Positions 31,374 to 42,466 of a DNA stretch of 64,000 bases are shown one piece after another. Position numbers and translations under genes: made by a program. The stretch is from an uncultured delta proteobacterium (GTDB lineage: Bacteria > Desulfobacterota > BSN033 > UBA1163), in the NCBI GenBank assembly GCA_963827685.1, contig CAWHBU010000002.1:1152001-1216000 (forward strand), read 5' to 3'. Below the pieces are notes generated by a model. That model searched no databases and had not been told where the DNA came from. It saw only the letters and a program-made list of their open reading frames with translations. Position 1 is the first letter of the stretch. The number at the start of each line of letters is the position of its first letter.

Positions 31374-32628
31374 TTGACTCATAATAAAATGTTACCCGGA
31401 GGGATCGTTAACGAGAGGCAGAGTTGAGGAGCTGGAGTTAAGTATTTTCTTTAATTTTTTCTCTATGGTTTTTCTTAGCATAAAAGGGTTGAGAGATTCA
31501 AGCAACATGGAGAGGTCCTGTTTGATATCAGGAGAGACATGGGGTGAATCGATGACACGTTGGTAAGGGGTTTTAGGAGAGTCATGGTGTTTGATGGTTT
31601 TGGAGCCGACTCTTTCTTTGGAGAGGAGTTTCACGGAGGGAGAGAAGAAGTTATGAAAGAGCTTCCATTCATGGGCATAGAGGTTATTGAGGAGAGGGAC
31701 GACTTTGGGATCGTCGAGGCGTTGGTAGCCGAGCCATTGGCGGACATGGGTCCAGTTTTTCTGCTCGACATGGGCATTATCGTCTTTATGATAGGCGCGG
31801 CTTCGAGTGAACTGAACAGGTTTATCCCTTTTGGTAAAGTGTCTGAGGAGGTGATAATTGAGAAACTCGCCTCCATTGTCACAATCGAAGCCGAGCAAGG
31901 GGAAAGGCAAAGCCTTTTCGATCTGTTTCATTTGTTCGAGGGTATCGGTTTCTCCTTTGCCCCAGACGGCTCGTTGTTCAGTCCAACCGGTTGCAATATC
32001 GACGCAGTCAATGGTATAGGCGAACATACCGGAGAGGGAATCACCGCAATGGGCGACGGTGTCGGCTTCAAGGAAGCCGGGTCGGGATTCGTCCCATTGG
32101 TTGGTTTTGATGGGGATTTGCTTTCTTAAGAGGGTGCCTGGCTTGGTGGTTGTTCTTCCCCGTTTTCTATATTGGATTCGGACGGGGGCGAGAAGTCGAT
32201 CGATGGTAGGAGCAGAGATTTTCTTTAGAGCTTGGATTACCGGTAGGGGGAGAGGGTCAAAGAACTTAGCATAACCGGGGAGCCAGAGGGGTAAAATCAC
32301 CTTGAGACGTTTTGAGCAAGGGAGATTAGCAGCCAGCCAGATTTGTTTAAGGGGTTTTAGGATAGATTCTTGGTGATAGAGAGGATTTCTCCCACGTTTC
32401 TTTATTTTGTGTTTAATAAATCGTTTAAACCCTCGCAGGACCCGTATGGCATGTTTACGGTGACATTTACAGGTGGCACAGAATTCGTCCAAGATGGCGG
32501 ATTTCTTTTTACGAGAAGCTTTTCCATAGCGTAAAGAGGTGACTTCTATATATTCCTTTTTTGACCGTGGACTCATTTTCAACCCTCCTTTTAGGGGGAG
32601 TTATTCGGTAACATTTTTTATGAGGCAA
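31374..32628 (-). mobile_element. Insertion sequence with rve-type DDE transposase (ISNCY/IS481-like)
   Basis: Imperfect IRs TTGACTCATAATAAAATGTTACC / GGTAACATTTTTTATGAGGCAA flank the transposase; no clear TSD. Confidence 0.75.
31392..32576 (-). CDS. DDE integrase-core transposase
   Basis: HRKHAIRVL, PGFLEADTVAHCG, DCDNGGEF, DNAHVEQKN, KTPYQR. Confidence 0.88.
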   Translation of the reverse strand: MSPRSKKEYIEVTSLRYGKASRKKKSAILDEFCATCKCHRKHAIRVLRGFKRFIKHKIKKRGRNPLYHQESILKPLKQIWLAANLPCSKRLKVILPLWLPGYAKFFDPLPLPVIQALKKISAPTIDRLLAPVRIQYRKRGRTTTKPGTLLRKQIPIKTNQWDESRPGFLEADTVAHCGDSLSGMFAYTIDCVDIATGWTEQRAVWGKGETDTLEQMKQIEKALPFPLLGFDCDNGGEFLNYHLLRHFTKRDKPVQFTRSRAYHKDDNAHVEQKNWTHVRQWLGYQRLDDPKVVPLLNNLYAHEWKLFHNFFSPSVKLLSKERVGSKTIKHHDSPKTPYQRVIDSPHVSPDIKQDLSMLLESLNPFMLRKTIEKKLKKILNSSSSTLPLVNDPSG

Positions 32629-32647
32629 TTCGCACCGTAATTTTTGC

Positions 32648-32676
32648 TTGAAATCCACAAAGAGAACTGGTATCAT
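32648..32676 (+). promoter_or_regulatory. Sigma70-type promoter
   Basis: TTGAAA-17 bp-TATCAT with extended TG. Confidence 0.6.
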
Positions 32677-32700
32677 GCAAAAAAATGCGGGGGGTAAGCT

Positions 32701-32988
32701 ATGGCGGTAAGGATCATCATTGATCGGAAGGTCAAGAAGGGTAAAGAACCGGATTTTGCCAAAATGCTCAGGGAATTGAGAGCCAAAGCAATTCCCTCAA
32801 AGGGATATATCTCGGGGGAGACACTTCGGGCACAAGACGATCCCCACAACTATATTGTGATCACCACATGGCAAAGTGTGGAAGACTGGAAGGCGTGGGA
32901 AAAACAACCTGAAAGAAAGAAGATCCAGGCGAAGATCGAAACATTAATGGCCAGACCCACCAAAACAAAGATATATTTGTATGCCTAA
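32701..32988 (+). CDS. Antibiotic-biosynthesis monooxygenase (ABM) family protein
   Basis: GYISGETL...YIVITTWQSVEDWKAW. Confidence 0.85.
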   Translation: MAVRIIIDRKVKKGKEPDFAKMLRELRAKAIPSKGYISGETLRAQDDPHNYIVITTWQSVEDWKAWEKQPERKKIQAKIETLMARPTKTKIYLYA

Positions 32989-33017
32989 CGGGTAATCGAA
33001 GTTCCAGTTTAGGGAAT

Positions 33018-33090
33018 TGTCTTTGCGAGTGAAACGAAGCAATCTCGCCTTTTCCATGAGATTGCCACACACCTTTCAGCTGCTCGCAAC
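33018..33090. repeat. REP-like doublet
   Basis: TTGCGAG...GAAGCAATCTC / GAGATTGCC...CTCGCAA. Confidence 0.55.
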
Positions 33091-33113
33091 AATGCTGTGT
33101 TAGCAACAATGCC

Positions 33114-33142
33114 TTGACAATCAGAAGCAGGTGTGTTAAAAA
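33114..33142 (+). promoter_or_regulatory. Putative sigma70 promoter of carAB
   Basis: TTGACA-17 bp-TAAAAA with extended TG. Confidence 0.5.
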
Positions 33143-33194
33143 AAATAAAATGAAGTAAAGAAAACTTTATATGATCAAACGAGTGAGACAACTT

Positions 33195-33238
33195 AAAGAC
33201 CCTCGCTCCTGTTCAGTCGGGATCGGGGGTCTTTTTTT
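33195..33238 (+). terminator. Intrinsic terminator/attenuator in carA leader
   Basis: AAAGACCCTCG...CGGGGGTC followed by T7. Confidence 0.7.
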
Positions 33239-33271
33239 ATGACCCCATTGTGCCTCACCCATTTAACATTT

Positions 33272-33347
33272 GTAGCGCCCTCATTTATTGAGGGCGCTAA
33301 AGGGTCCCGTCGGCATTCCTGCCGGCAGGCAGGAATGCCGACGCTAC
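33272..33347. repeat. REPIN-like doublet (GTAG-palindrome pair)
   Basis: GTAGCGCCCTCATTTATTGAGGGCG ... CGTCGGCATT..TGCCGACGCTAC; related copies at 40467 and 42998. Confidence 0.75.
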
Positions 33348-33369
33348 CAAAACATTCAAGGAACCGCGG

Positions 33370-34515
33370 ATGAAATCTAAACAGAAAGCCATATTGGCCT
33401 TGGAGGATGGGGTTGCATTTGAGGGATGGTCTTTCGGGTTTTTGGGAGAAAAGACAGGAGAGGTCGTTTTTAACACCAGCATGACCGGCTATCAAGAGAT
33501 TCTCACCGATCCCTCTTATAAAGGTCAGATTGTCGTCATGACCTATCCCCTCATTGGAAACTATGGGATCAATCAAGAAGATATCGAATCCCAGGACCCC
33601 AAGGTAGAAGGGTTCGTCGTCAAAGAAAACAGTTCCATCTTCAGCAATTGGCGTGGAGATAAATCCCTCTCCGATTATTTGGTCCGTCACCGCATCATGG
33701 GAGTGGAGGGCATGGATACGCGGGCGATCACCAAGCATATCCGTCTGGCGGGTGCCATGAAAGCTGTCCTTTCGACCGATGACCTCGATCGAGATCGTCT
33801 GATTGAAAAAGCCAAGACCTCTCCGGGCTTGATCGGCCGGGACTTGGTCAAAGAGGTGACTTGTGAGAAACCCTTCCCATGGACGAGCGGTAATGATCCT
33901 CAGTTTTTAAATTACCACCTTCCACCCTCTACCTCCCACGTTCGACCCAAGGTGGTCGCTCTGGACTACGGTATCAAATATAATATCCTTCGCTCCCTTT
34001 ATGATTGGAACTGCGAGGTAACCGTCCTTCCCGCCTCCTCTGGAGCGGAATCCATTCTCTCCGCTCACCCGGACGGAATTCTTTTATCCAATGGTCCAGG
34101 TGACCCGGAGGGAGTCCCCTATGCCATTGAGGCTGTCCGCCAACTGATTGGGAAAAAACCAATCTTTGGAATCTGCCTGGGACACCAACTTTTGGGGTTG
34201 GCCCTTGGAGGAAGAACGTTTAAGTTGAAATTCGGTCATCGGGGAGCCAATCAGCCTGTCAAAGATTTAAGAACAGGTAAGGTAATGATCACTTCTCAAA
34301 ATCACGGGTTCTGTGTTGACCCTCGCTCGTTGGATCCGGCAGAGGTCGAATTCACCCAGATCAATCTCAATGACCAAACCTTGGAAGGGATGAGGCACAA
34401 GCGATTTCCGATCTTTTCCGTACAATACCATCCCGAAGCTTCTCCAGGACCTCACGATACGCAAGACCTATTCGCAGAATTCGTAAAGATGATGGAGCTT
34501 CACTCCAATGCCTAA
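33370..34515 (+). CDS. carA: Carbamoyl-phosphate synthase small subunit
   Basis: [39 protein letters not shown]. Confidence 0.98.
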   Translation: MKSKQKAILALEDGVAFEGWSFGFLGEKTGEVVFNTSMTGYQEILTDPSYKGQIVVMTYPLIGNYGINQEDIESQDPKVEGFVVKENSSIFSNWRGDKSLSDYLVRHRIMGVEGMDTRAITKHIRLAGAMKAVLSTDDLDRDRLIEKAKTSPGLIGRDLVKEVTCEKPFPWTSGNDPQFLNYHLPPSTSHVRPKVVALDYGIKYNILRSLYDWNCEVTVLPASSGAESILSAHPDGILLSNGPGDPEGVPYAIEAVRQLIGKKPIFGICLGHQLLGLALGGRTFKLKFGHRGANQPVKDLRTGKVMITSQNHGFCVDPRSLDPAEVEFTQINLNDQTLEGMRHKRFPIFSVQYHPEASPGPHDTQDLFAEFVKMMELHSNA

Positions 34516-37500
34516 GCGGACAGACATCAAAAGGATCCTGATCATCGGCTCCGGGCCTATCGTGATCAGCCAGGCCTGTGAATTTGACTACTCCGGCACT
34601 CAGGCCTGTAAGGCTTTGAAGGAGGAAGGGTTTGAAGTGGTATTGGTCAACTCCAACCCCGCCACCATCATGACCGATCCTGAGATCTCTGATCGGACTT
34701 ACATCGAACCCATCACTCCAGAGATTTTAGAAAAGATCATTGAACGTGAGAAGCCGGATGCCCTTCTCCCCACCTTAGGCGGCCAGACAGGTCTCAATGT
34801 CTCCGTCGCCCTCTATGAATCCGGAGTGCTTCAGAAACACGGCGTTCAAATGATCGGCGCTAAGTATGAAGCCATTAAGAAAGGGGAAGATCGAAATCTT
34901 TTCAAGGAATCGATGAGGAAAATCGGCCTCGATCTCCCGAGAAGCGGGTTAGCTTATTCTCTGAGCGAAGCCTTGGAGGTGGCAAAGGAGATTGGCTTTC
35001 CTCTGATCATTCGACCCAGCTTCACCCTGGGAGGGACAGGGGGTGGGGTGGCTTACAATATTGAAGAGTTCGAGGAGATGGCGGCTCGCGGACTTGAGTG
35101 GAGCATGATCGGAGAGATTCTGATTGAGGAGTCCGTTCTCGGTTGGAAGGAGTTCGAGCTGGAAGTGATGAGAGATCTCCATGACAATGTCGTCATCATC
35201 TGCTCGATTGAGAATTTTGATCCCATGGGCATTCATACAGGGGACAGCATCACCGTTGCCCCGGCTCAAACATTAACAGACAAAGAATATCAGAGGATGA
35301 GAGACGGAGCCATTCGAGCCATTCGGGAGATTGGGGTGGAGACTGGAGGATCGAACATCCAATTCGCAATTCGTCCAGAGGATGGACGAATGGTTATCAT
35401 TGAAATGAACCCCAGGGTCTCGCGCTCTTCAGCCCTCGCCTCCAAGGCGACTGGATTTCCCATCGCCAAGATGGCGGCGAAGTTGGCCGTCGGATACACG
35501 CTCGATGAAATTCCCAATGATATTACGAAAAAGACGCCTGCCTGTTTTGAGCCCACCATTGACTATTGTGTCGTGAAGATTCCAAGATTCACCTTCGAAA
35601 AATTTCCCGGAGCAGATCCAACGCTGACCGTCTCGATGAAATCGGTCGGTGAGACCATGGCGATCGGCCGGACCTTCAAGGAAGCCCTTCAGAAAGGACT
35701 CCGCTCTTTGGAAATCGGGAGACACGGTCTGGGAGCGGATGGAAAGGATAAATTACCTTTCCCCACTGAGATATCCAGTGAAAGTGCCCGATCCAACCTC
35801 CTCCAAGAGGTAAAGAAAAAGCTCTCCACCCCGAATGCGGAACGGATCTTTTATCTCCGACACGCTTTGCTCTTGGGGATGAAGGTTGAGGAGATCCATG
35901 AGTTGACAAAGATCGATCCCTGGTTTCTCACCAATATTCAGGAGATCACAGACCTTGAAAAAGAGATTCGCTCTTATGGAGCGAAGGTGCAGGACCTGGA
36001 GCTCTGGAAAAAAACCCTGACTCCTGATCAATTTCAACTTCCAGAGCCTCTCTTAAGGAAGGCAAAGGAGTTCGGTTTCTCTGACTACCAACTGGGTCAC
36101 CTCCTCGGGTTTGACGAAACCACTCTTCGAAATGTGAGAAAGGAGAAAGGGATTCATCCCACTTACAAACTGGTGGATACCTGTGGGGCCGAGTTTGAAG
36201 CCTACACCCCTTATTACTATTCGACTTACGAAACAGAAGATGAATCCAAGGCTTCTTCGAGAAAGAAGGTCATGATTTTAGGGGGAGGTCCCAATCGAAT
36301 CGGCCAGGGGATCGAATTCGACTACTGCTGTGTCCATGCCTCGTTTGCCTTAAAAGAATTGGATTATGAAACGATCATGGTGAACTCCAATCCGGAAACA
36401 GTTTCGACGGACTACGACACCTCTGACAGACTTTATTTCGAACCCCTCACCTTTGAAGATGTTCTCCACATCATCGATGCCGAAAAACCTGATGGAGTGA
36501 TCGTCCAATTTGGAGGCCAAACCCCTCTCAACCTGGCCGTGTCTCTGGAGAGGGCAGGAGTGAAAATCATTGGAACGAGTCCTGATAACATCGATCTGGC
36601 AGAAGACCGAAAACGGTTCAAAGCCCTTCTCAAAAAGTTAGGCCTCATCCAGCCTTGGAATGGTACGGCCAATTCAGTGGAGGAGGCGAGAAGGGTTGCG
36701 GAAGAGATCGGCTATCCGGTCGTCGTGAGGCCCTCTTATGTATTAGGGGGAAGGGCCATGGAGATTGTTTACGATGAGGAAGCCTTAGAAGGTTTTGCCC
36801 GCCGTGCGGTGGAAGCCTCTCCTGAACACCCCATTCTCATCGATAAATTTTTGGAGGACGCCATCGAGATTGATGTCGATGCGGTCGCCGACGGAGAAAC
36901 CTGTGTCATCGCCGGGATCATGGAGCATATCGAAGAGGCCGGGATCCATTCTGGGGACAGCGCTTGTGTCACGCCTCCTTATTCTCTCAGTGATGATCTG
37001 ATCGAGGGTTTGAAACGAAACACCTATGCCTTGGCCAAGGAGCTCCAGGTGGTCGGCTTGATGAATATTCAATATGCGATCAAAAACGATATCATCTATG
37101 TCCTGGAAGTCAATCCCAGGGCCTCCAGGACGGTTCCCTTCATCAGTAAGGCGACCGGAGTTCCCTGGGCAAAGGTAGCTGCCAAAGTGATGGTGGGGAA
37201 AAAACTCGATGAATTGGGGATTCGGGAAGAAGTTGAAATCCAGCATATAGCTGTAAAGGAATCCGTCTTCCCGTTCAACCGTTTCTATGGAGTCGATACC
37301 GTGTTAGGTCCGGAAATGAAATCGACCGGAGAAGTGATGGGGATTGATACCGATTTTGGAATGGCTTTTGCCAAATCTCAAATCGCCGCAGGGGTTAATA
37401 TCCCTTTGAAAGGGAAAGTTTTCATCAGTGTCATGAATAAGGACAAACGTTCCATCGTCTTCCTCGCCAAGAAACTGGTTGACCTCGGATTTGAGATCGT

Positions 37501-37861
37501 AGCCACCAAAGGAACGGCTAAAGTCTTAGCCAATAACGGAATTCCTGTCCAAACGGTCTTTAAGTTTGGGGAAGGAAGACCGGATATTGTCGATCAGATG
37601 AAAAATGGAGAGATCCATCTGGTGATCAATACCCCCAGTGGAAAGAAACCCAAGGCAGATGAAGTGGCCATAAGAAGCCAATCCGTGGCACACAACATCC
37701 CCTGCGTGACCACTCTCTCCGGTGCGGAGGCAGTCGTCAATGGTATCGAATCCTTGAGGAGAGGCATGTCGGTGAAGTCGGTCCAGGAATACCATCGGAA
37801 TATTTCACCTTCTTCCCCTTTACTTCAAAAACCCTTGAGCGCTCATCCCACGATCGGGTAA
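34508..37861 (+). CDS. carB: Carbamoyl-phosphate synthase large subunit
   Basis: [25 protein letters not shown], duplicated ATP-grasp domains, MGS domain. Confidence 0.98.
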   Translation: MPKRTDIKRILIIGSGPIVISQACEFDYSGTQACKALKEEGFEVVLVNSNPATIMTDPEISDRTYIEPITPEILEKIIEREKPDALLPTLGGQTGLNVSVALYESGVLQKHGVQMIGAKYEAIKKGEDRNLFKESMRKIGLDLPRSGLAYSLSEALEVAKEIGFPLIIRPSFTLGGTGGGVAYNIEEFEEMAARGLEWSMIGEILIEESVLGWKEFELEVMRDLHDNVVIICSIENFDPMGIHTGDSITVAPAQTLTDKEYQRMRDGAIRAIREIGVETGGSNIQFAIRPEDGRMVIIEMNPRVSRSSALASKATGFPIAKMAAKLAVGYTLDEIPNDITKKTPACFEPTIDYCVVKIPRFTFEKFPGADPTLTVSMKSVGETMAIGRTFKEALQKGLRSLEIGRHGLGADGKDKLPFPTEISSESARSNLLQEVKKKLSTPNAERIFYLRHALLLGMKVEEIHELTKIDPWFLTNIQEITDLEKEIRSYGAKVQDLELWKKTLTPDQFQLPEPLLRKAKEFGFSDYQLGHLLGFDETTLRNVRKEKGIHPTYKLVDTCGAEFEAYTPYYYSTYETEDESKASSRKKVMILGGGPNRIGQGIEFDYCCVHASFALKELDYETIMVNSNPETVSTDYDTSDRLYFEPLTFEDVLHIIDAEKPDGVIVQFGGQTPLNLAVSLERAGVKIIGTSPDNIDLAEDRKRFKALLKKLGLIQPWNGTANSVEEARRVAEEIGYPVVVRPSYVLGGRAMEIVYDEEALEGFARRAVEASPEHPILIDKFLEDAIEIDVDAVADGETCVIAGIMEHIEEAGIHSGDSACVTPPYSLSDDLIEGLKRNTYALAKELQVVGLMNIQYAIKNDIIYVLEVNPRASRTVPFISKATGVPWAKVAAKVMVGKKLDELGIREEVEIQHIAVKESVFPFNRFYGVDTVLGPEMKSTGEVMGIDTDFGMAFAKSQIAAGVNIPLKGKVFISVMNKDKRSIVFLAKKLVDLGFEIVATKGTAKVLANNGIPVQTVFKFGEGRPDIVDQMKNGEIHLVINTPSGKKPKADEVAIRSQSVAHNIPCVTTLSGAEAVVNGIESLRRGMSVKSVQEYHRNISPSSPLLQKPLSAHPTIG

Positions 37862-37876
37862 ATTGAGGTCATTATT

Positions 37877-38389
37877 ATGGGAGTTTTGACAAGAGAAGAA
37901 ATCTTGAAAGAAATCAGCCAGGGAACCATCGAGATCGAACCTTTCGAGAAGGACCAGGTCGGTCCGGGTTCCGTTGACCTCCATTTAGGAAATGAGTTCA
38001 GAGTTTTTAAGAAGCTGAGAAATGCCTGCGTGGTTGAAGATAATATTTCGGTTGAAGACCTCACGGAACGTCTCGAGACAGAAGAATCCTTCACGCTGAT
38101 GCCGGGTGAGACGGTCCTGGGAATTACTCACGAAAGAATTAAGCTACCTGCAAATATTTGTGGTTGGCTCGAGGGAAGGAGCCGCTTTGCCCGAATGGGC
38201 CTGGTCATTCACATGACCGCAGGATTCGTTCAGCCTGGGATAAACAATCGCCAGGTGCTTGAGATCGGAAACCTGGCGCCGTTTCCTCTTGTCCTCAAAC
38301 CCGGTGTCCGGATCTGTCAGATCATCCTCGAGCGCACTGAGGGAAAAGCCTCCTATCAAGGTAAATTTATGAACCAAAACCGGTTATAA
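37877..38389 (+). CDS. dcd: dCTP deaminase
   Basis: PGSVDLHLG, GRSRFARMGL, AGFVQPG, LEIGN. Confidence 0.9.
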   Translation: MGVLTREEILKEISQGTIEIEPFEKDQVGPGSVDLHLGNEFRVFKKLRNACVVEDNISVEDLTERLETEESFTLMPGETVLGITHERIKLPANICGWLEGRSRFARMGLVIHMTAGFVQPGINNRQVLEIGNLAPFPLVLKPGVRICQIILERTEGKASYQGKFMNQNRL

Positions 38390-38397
38390 ATGATAAG

Positions 38398-38531
38398 AAC
38401 CAAATCCCAAACACCAAATAACAAATAAATCCCAATCAGCAAAATTCTAAATTTCAAACAAAATGGTTTTGGTCATTGGGACTTTGGATTTTGGAATTTG
38501 TTTGGAATTTGTAATTTGGAATTTGGAATTT
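38398..38531. repeat. Inverted heptamer-repeat intergenic element (AAATCCCAAA.../...TTTGGAATTT)
   Basis: Similar arrays at ~52129-52307, ~59812-60017 and ~60552-60707. Confidence 0.7.
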
Positions 38532-38581
38532 ATAGTTATAAAGCCCGTTTTAATACATCCATGTTGGGTTAGGGATTTAGG

Positions 38582-39328
38582 ATGAATAGGTATTCCATTG
38601 GCTCCATTGTTGGTATTTTATTGCTATGGGAGCTTATCGTGAGATGGCTGGAGATTCCAAAATTTCTCCTTCCCACACCGACTGCAATCATCTCTTATAT
38701 TATTGCTAAATTTCAACTCCTCGCCTCCCACACGCTCATGACCTTTCTGGAAGCAGGGGCCGGCTTCATCGTCGGGTCTCTATCTGCCATTGCGACAGCC
38801 ATTCTCTTTCTCTGGTACCGGCCTCTGAAGGAAATGTTCTACCCCTATGCCGTAATCCTAAACAGTACTCCGATCGTTGCCATCGCTGCACCCATTGTGA
38901 TCATCTTCGGAAGTGGTATGGGCTCCAAAGTCGTGACCGCCGTCATCTGTGTCTTCTTCCCGGTTTTAGGACCAACCTATAAAGCCCTTGCCTCGGTGGG
39001 CGCCACAGAGATGAAATGGATGGACTCTTATCATTCATCCAGATGGCAAACATTTTGGTATCTCCAATTTCCCTTTGCTCTTCCTCAGATATTTGCAAGT
39101 TTTAAAGTCGCTTGGACATTGGCCGTGATCGGTGCCGTCGTGGGGGAGGTCTTTGGGGCTTATCGGGGACTAGGGTTTCTCATCGTAGATGCCATCTACA
39201 TCATGGATACCCCCAGGGTTTTTGCCAGCATTATCGCCTGTTCACTGCTTGGACTTTCTTTTGTCGGAATGATCACCCTCATTGAAAAAAAGACCATCGC
39301 TTGGCATATCTCTGAAGAGAGGAGGTGA
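38582..39328 (+). CDS. ABC transporter permease (NitT/TauT/SsuC family)
   Basis: FLLPTP, ALPQIFAS, VIGAVVGE...GLGF; hydrophobic. Confidence 0.9.
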   Translation: MNRYSIGSIVGILLLWELIVRWLEIPKFLLPTPTAIISYIIAKFQLLASHTLMTFLEAGAGFIVGSLSAIATAILFLWYRPLKEMFYPYAVILNSTPIVAIAAPIVIIFGSGMGSKVVTAVICVFFPVLGPTYKALASVGATEMKWMDSYHSSRWQTFWYLQFPFALPQIFASFKVAWTLAVIGAVVGEVFGAYRGLGFLIVDAIYIMDTPRVFASIIACSLLGLSFVGMITLIEKKTIAWHISEERR

Positions 39329-39460
39329 TTTTAAGTTCGGAGTTCGGAGTTCGGAGTCTAAAGTTCAAAATCTAAAGACAACAAGAGATTGAAATTTTAT
39401 TATTACGCTATGCCCTATGCGCTTTGCGCTATGCTGTTTAAAACCAGAGGAGGAAATAAC

Positions 39461-40441
39461 ATGAAGAGATTCTTATCATGTTTTATATTGTTCACGGTCA
39501 TGAGTCTGCCTTGCTATGCCATCGGCCAGGAAAAGGAGGCCATTGTCCATGAGGCCTGGTTTGTCCATATGGAATCAGCAGGCGGCTGGGTAGCCACCGA
39601 TAAAGGTTTCTACGTAAAGATGAAAGTGAAAGAGGTCCAGGGAGGACCCGGGATTTCTCCGATTCAAAAGGTGGTGGCTGCGGCGAGGGCCGGAAACATC
39701 GTTTTTGGAAATGATTATCCGGAAAATATTATTCGAGCAAGAGAAAAAGAAGGGATCAATCTGGTTGCCCTGAGCGTCGATTTCCAAAGCAGTGCTATGA
39801 GAATTATCAGTTGGATTCCGATTAATTCAGCAAAGGACATAAAGGGAGATTTCGGCATCTGGATTGGTTACGATTCCAAAGCAAAATGTGCTGTGGGCAA
39901 AGGATGGGAAAAACAGTTTACCATCCAAAACCAGGGCGGGGATATCAAGCCTTGGCTTGCCAGGACCTGGCCACTCGCCTCTGCGATGACCTATAATGAA
40001 TTGATCACCGCACAGCGCGAGGTGAAAAAAATGGGGAAAACATTTTACACGATCGACTATAAAGATTTGGGGATTGACTGGATGGATAATGTCCTCTTCA
40101 CGACAGAGGAAATCATCAAGAAATATCCAGATGTCGTCCAAGCGGTCGTGACGGGGAGATATAAGGGGTTCTTGTGGGCTCTTGAAAATCCCAAAGAGGC
40201 CTTTGGCGTTTTGAAAAAGATCAACGAGGGTCTCGACTTTCCGCACGAGATGGATGCCGTGGCTCCGATGAAGGCCTTAATGATCACCCCTGATACAAGA
40301 AAGAACGGTTTGGGTTACATTCTTCCAAAGAAATGGGAAAATGTGGCAAAGGATATGTTCAAGGCCGGGCTCTTAGAAAAGACGGCAGATGTAAAAAAAG
40401 TCTATACAGAGAAATTTGCAAGCGGGGTGGTTCCTAAATAG
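39461..40441 (+). CDS. ABC substrate-binding protein (NMT1/THI5-like, possibly pyrimidine)
   Basis: Signal peptide, VATDKGFY, QGGPG, AMTYNE; GGAGGA SD. Confidence 0.8.
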   Translation: MKRFLSCFILFTVMSLPCYAIGQEKEAIVHEAWFVHMESAGGWVATDKGFYVKMKVKEVQGGPGISPIQKVVAAARAGNIVFGNDYPENIIRAREKEGINLVALSVDFQSSAMRIISWIPINSAKDIKGDFGIWIGYDSKAKCAVGKGWEKQFTIQNQGGDIKPWLARTWPLASAMTYNELITAQREVKKMGKTFYTIDYKDLGIDWMDNVLFTTEEIIKKYPDVVQAVVTGRYKGFLWALENPKEAFGVLKKINEGLDFPHEMDAVAPMKALMITPDTRKNGLGYILPKKWENVAKDMFKAGLLEKTADVKKVYTEKFASGVVPK

Positions 40442-40466
40442 TTTACCAATCAAACGTGGCAATCCT

Positions 40467-40529
40467 GTAGCGTCGGCATTAACTGCCGACGGGATTTCTC
40501 AATTCGCCCCCAGTAAATGGGGGCGCTAC
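40467..40529. repeat. REPIN-like doublet (no nested palindrome)
   Basis: GTAGCGTCGGCATTAACTGCCGACG...CGCCCCCAGTAAATGGGGGCGCTAC. Confidence 0.75.
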
Positions 40530-40558
40530 AGTTTTAAACACAAAGCAGGAGACCTTGA

Positions 40559-41530
40559 ATGACCGAGCGGACCTTTCTCGAAAATGTAGGCAACCCTTAC
40601 AGCATCAATGCGATTGGAAGTGCCAGGGCATGGGAGGTACGTCATCTCCGAAATGACCCAACCATCCCCCCTTTGATTTATGTCATTGAAAGCGATATCG
40701 GTCAACAATTTCTTCTTGGAAGAGAAATCAGCGGCCGACCAAAATTCAATATGATCCGTTACATTGCCAAATCTTTCGCTGAATTATTTATTGAGCAACT
40801 TAGCCGTAAAGGATTATGTCAATACATTATTCTCAGGGGGGCCTACCCTTTCGATCTCCAATATGCCTTCGGGTTTGCCGCACCCTATGACCGCATGCTG
40901 CTTCCGACCGGTTTCATCAAGCTTCAGAGAGTTCTCAACCAGAAAGGCACAGACTGGGAGATTCATGCCCAAAACTTTATCGGAGAATATCAGGGGGATG
41001 CCTGGCTGATCCCCGATACAGCCATTGCCTCGGGTTCGACAATCGCTTACTTTTTAGGAAACGCTTTTGCTCATCATCTGCCAAAGCAGGTCTATATCAT
41101 CACGGCATGCGGGAGCCTGGAGGGTATCCAGCGAATTTATCAAGAATGTTTGAAGAAGAAGGTGGAATTAGTCCCTGTCTTCTCTCAATGCATCTTCGAG
41201 GTTTCAAAAGTGGGAAACCTTCCAAGACTTCCGCTCACCGACCTTTCCATGATTAGCCCCGGTTCCATTACAACCAAAGAACTCTATGAAGGAGCGTTTC
41301 GCCGGTACCAGGGGACCCGGATGTGCTGTGTCGGCGATATCGGGGAGAGTTTGGAGGACCCTGTAAAATATTCCATCCATACCCTCTGGGAGATGCAGAT
41401 CCTGGGAATGGATCCGAAAAAAGAAGATTGGGATGCCTGGACAGTTGATGTTCGGACGGAAGAAATGAAGAAGAAGGTCCATGATTTCAATCCTTCTCTT
41501 GCTGATTATTTTAAGGAAATATGGAAATGA
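40559..41530 (+). CDS. Divergent type I phosphoribosyltransferase (uracil PRT-like)
   Basis: IILRGA, IPDTAIASGST (PRPP loop) and GDIGE resemble UPRT ILRAG, DPMLATGGS and GDAGD. Confidence 0.65.
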   Translation: MTERTFLENVGNPYSINAIGSARAWEVRHLRNDPTIPPLIYVIESDIGQQFLLGREISGRPKFNMIRYIAKSFAELFIEQLSRKGLCQYIILRGAYPFDLQYAFGFAAPYDRMLLPTGFIKLQRVLNQKGTDWEIHAQNFIGEYQGDAWLIPDTAIASGSTIAYFLGNAFAHHLPKQVYIITACGSLEGIQRIYQECLKKKVELVPVFSQCIFEVSKVGNLPRLPLTDLSMISPGSITTKELYEGAFRRYQGTRMCCVGDIGESLEDPVKYSIHTLWEMQILGMDPKKEDWDAWTVDVRTEEMKKKVHDFNPSLADYFKEIWK

Positions 41531-41696
41531 CTGGCAGGGTTGGCGGTGACGGAACCCAAAACAATTGCTGAACCACCAAAAGAAGCAACTTATGGGCCAT
41601 TGCGGACGGGTGAACCACAGATGGGTGTTACACCGCTGAGTTCTACTGCATCGCCTGGATCCTCGTACAAGATTGACGATACGGAGAAACAAATTA

Positions 41697-42235
41697 GTAA
41701 AGAACCCCGCAGCAGAGCTGCGGGGCATTAAAATTCAAAACTTAATTGCTCCTGTTGCTGATACTTTATATAGCGACGTATGACTTCAGAGGTAACTTTG
41801 TCTCCAACAGACCGAACAAAATACCCATCACTCCAAAACTCTCCACCCCAAAGCTCTTTCTTCACCTCTGGAAACTGCTTGAACACCATTTTCGCCGAGA
41901 TACTCTTTATGATCTGCACAATCTCTGCCGGACAATACCGAGGAGGGGCAGACAAAAATAAATGAACATGATCATCCTTTACCTCCATCGTATCTATCTC
42001 AAACTCGTACCTCTCCGATATTTGCTCAAAACTCATCTTAAGCCTTTTTGCCAACTCACCTCCCAATATCATCTTCCGATATTTGGGAACCCATACCATA
42101 TGATATTTCAAATCGTAGACCGCATGGCTTGTTCTTTTTATCGAGCTCATGCAGTACTTATACCATGTCTTATCGCTTCGCGAACCTGTTTTCATCCGCC
42201 CAGCAGAGCTGGGCGGTATTCAACAGGTATTTTTT
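41697..42235 (-). mobile_element. IS200/IS605-family element, copy 2
   Basis: Same sequence, ORFs and length as 4873-5411. Confidence 0.93.
41728..42150 (-). CDS. tnpA: Y1 HUH transposase TnpA
   Basis: Identical translation to copy 1. Confidence 0.95.
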   Translation of the reverse strand: MSSIKRTSHAVYDLKYHMVWVPKYRKMILGGELAKRLKMSFEQISERYEFEIDTMEVKDDHVHLFLSAPPRYCPAEIVQIIKSISAKMVFKQFPEVKKELWGGEFWSDGYFVRSVGDKVTSEVIRRYIKYQQQEQLSFEF

Positions 42236-42466
42236 ATAAATTGGCATCACCTATTGGGCTTTTTACAAAGTTTGCTAATGCTCTGCTTTCTCAAACTGAG
42301 AGAATGGAATCGCAGAAAATAGACACTCCCGCAATAGAATATTACAGGAAGGGATTTAGTGATGTCGTTTTCATTCTAAATAACTCAGTGAATGGAACGA
42401 AAGTTCCTCTTTATTATGATGAGATTTTTAAACAAAACAACTAAGCATGAGAAAAGGGGGAGGCAA

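Larger units (their letters stand above)
41540..42444 (+). pseudogene. Hypothetical ORF interrupted by IS200 (121 aa if restored)
   Basis: Joining 41696 to 42236 gives in-frame TEKQINKLASPIG. Confidence 0.45.

Noticed and set aside
31560-32129. 189-aa + strand ORF
   Set aside because: Antisense shadow of the transposase
32982-33105. attC-like site after the ABM gene (GCCTAAC) and after brnA
   Set aside because: No matching complementary GTTRRRY box with a paired stem, and no integron integrase in the window
33193-33738. 181-aa - strand ORF
   Set aside because: Antisense to carA and runs through a REPIN
38398-38531. CRISPR-like repeats
   Set aside because: Degenerate heptamers in inverted orientation, no constant repeat/unique spacer pattern, no cas genes
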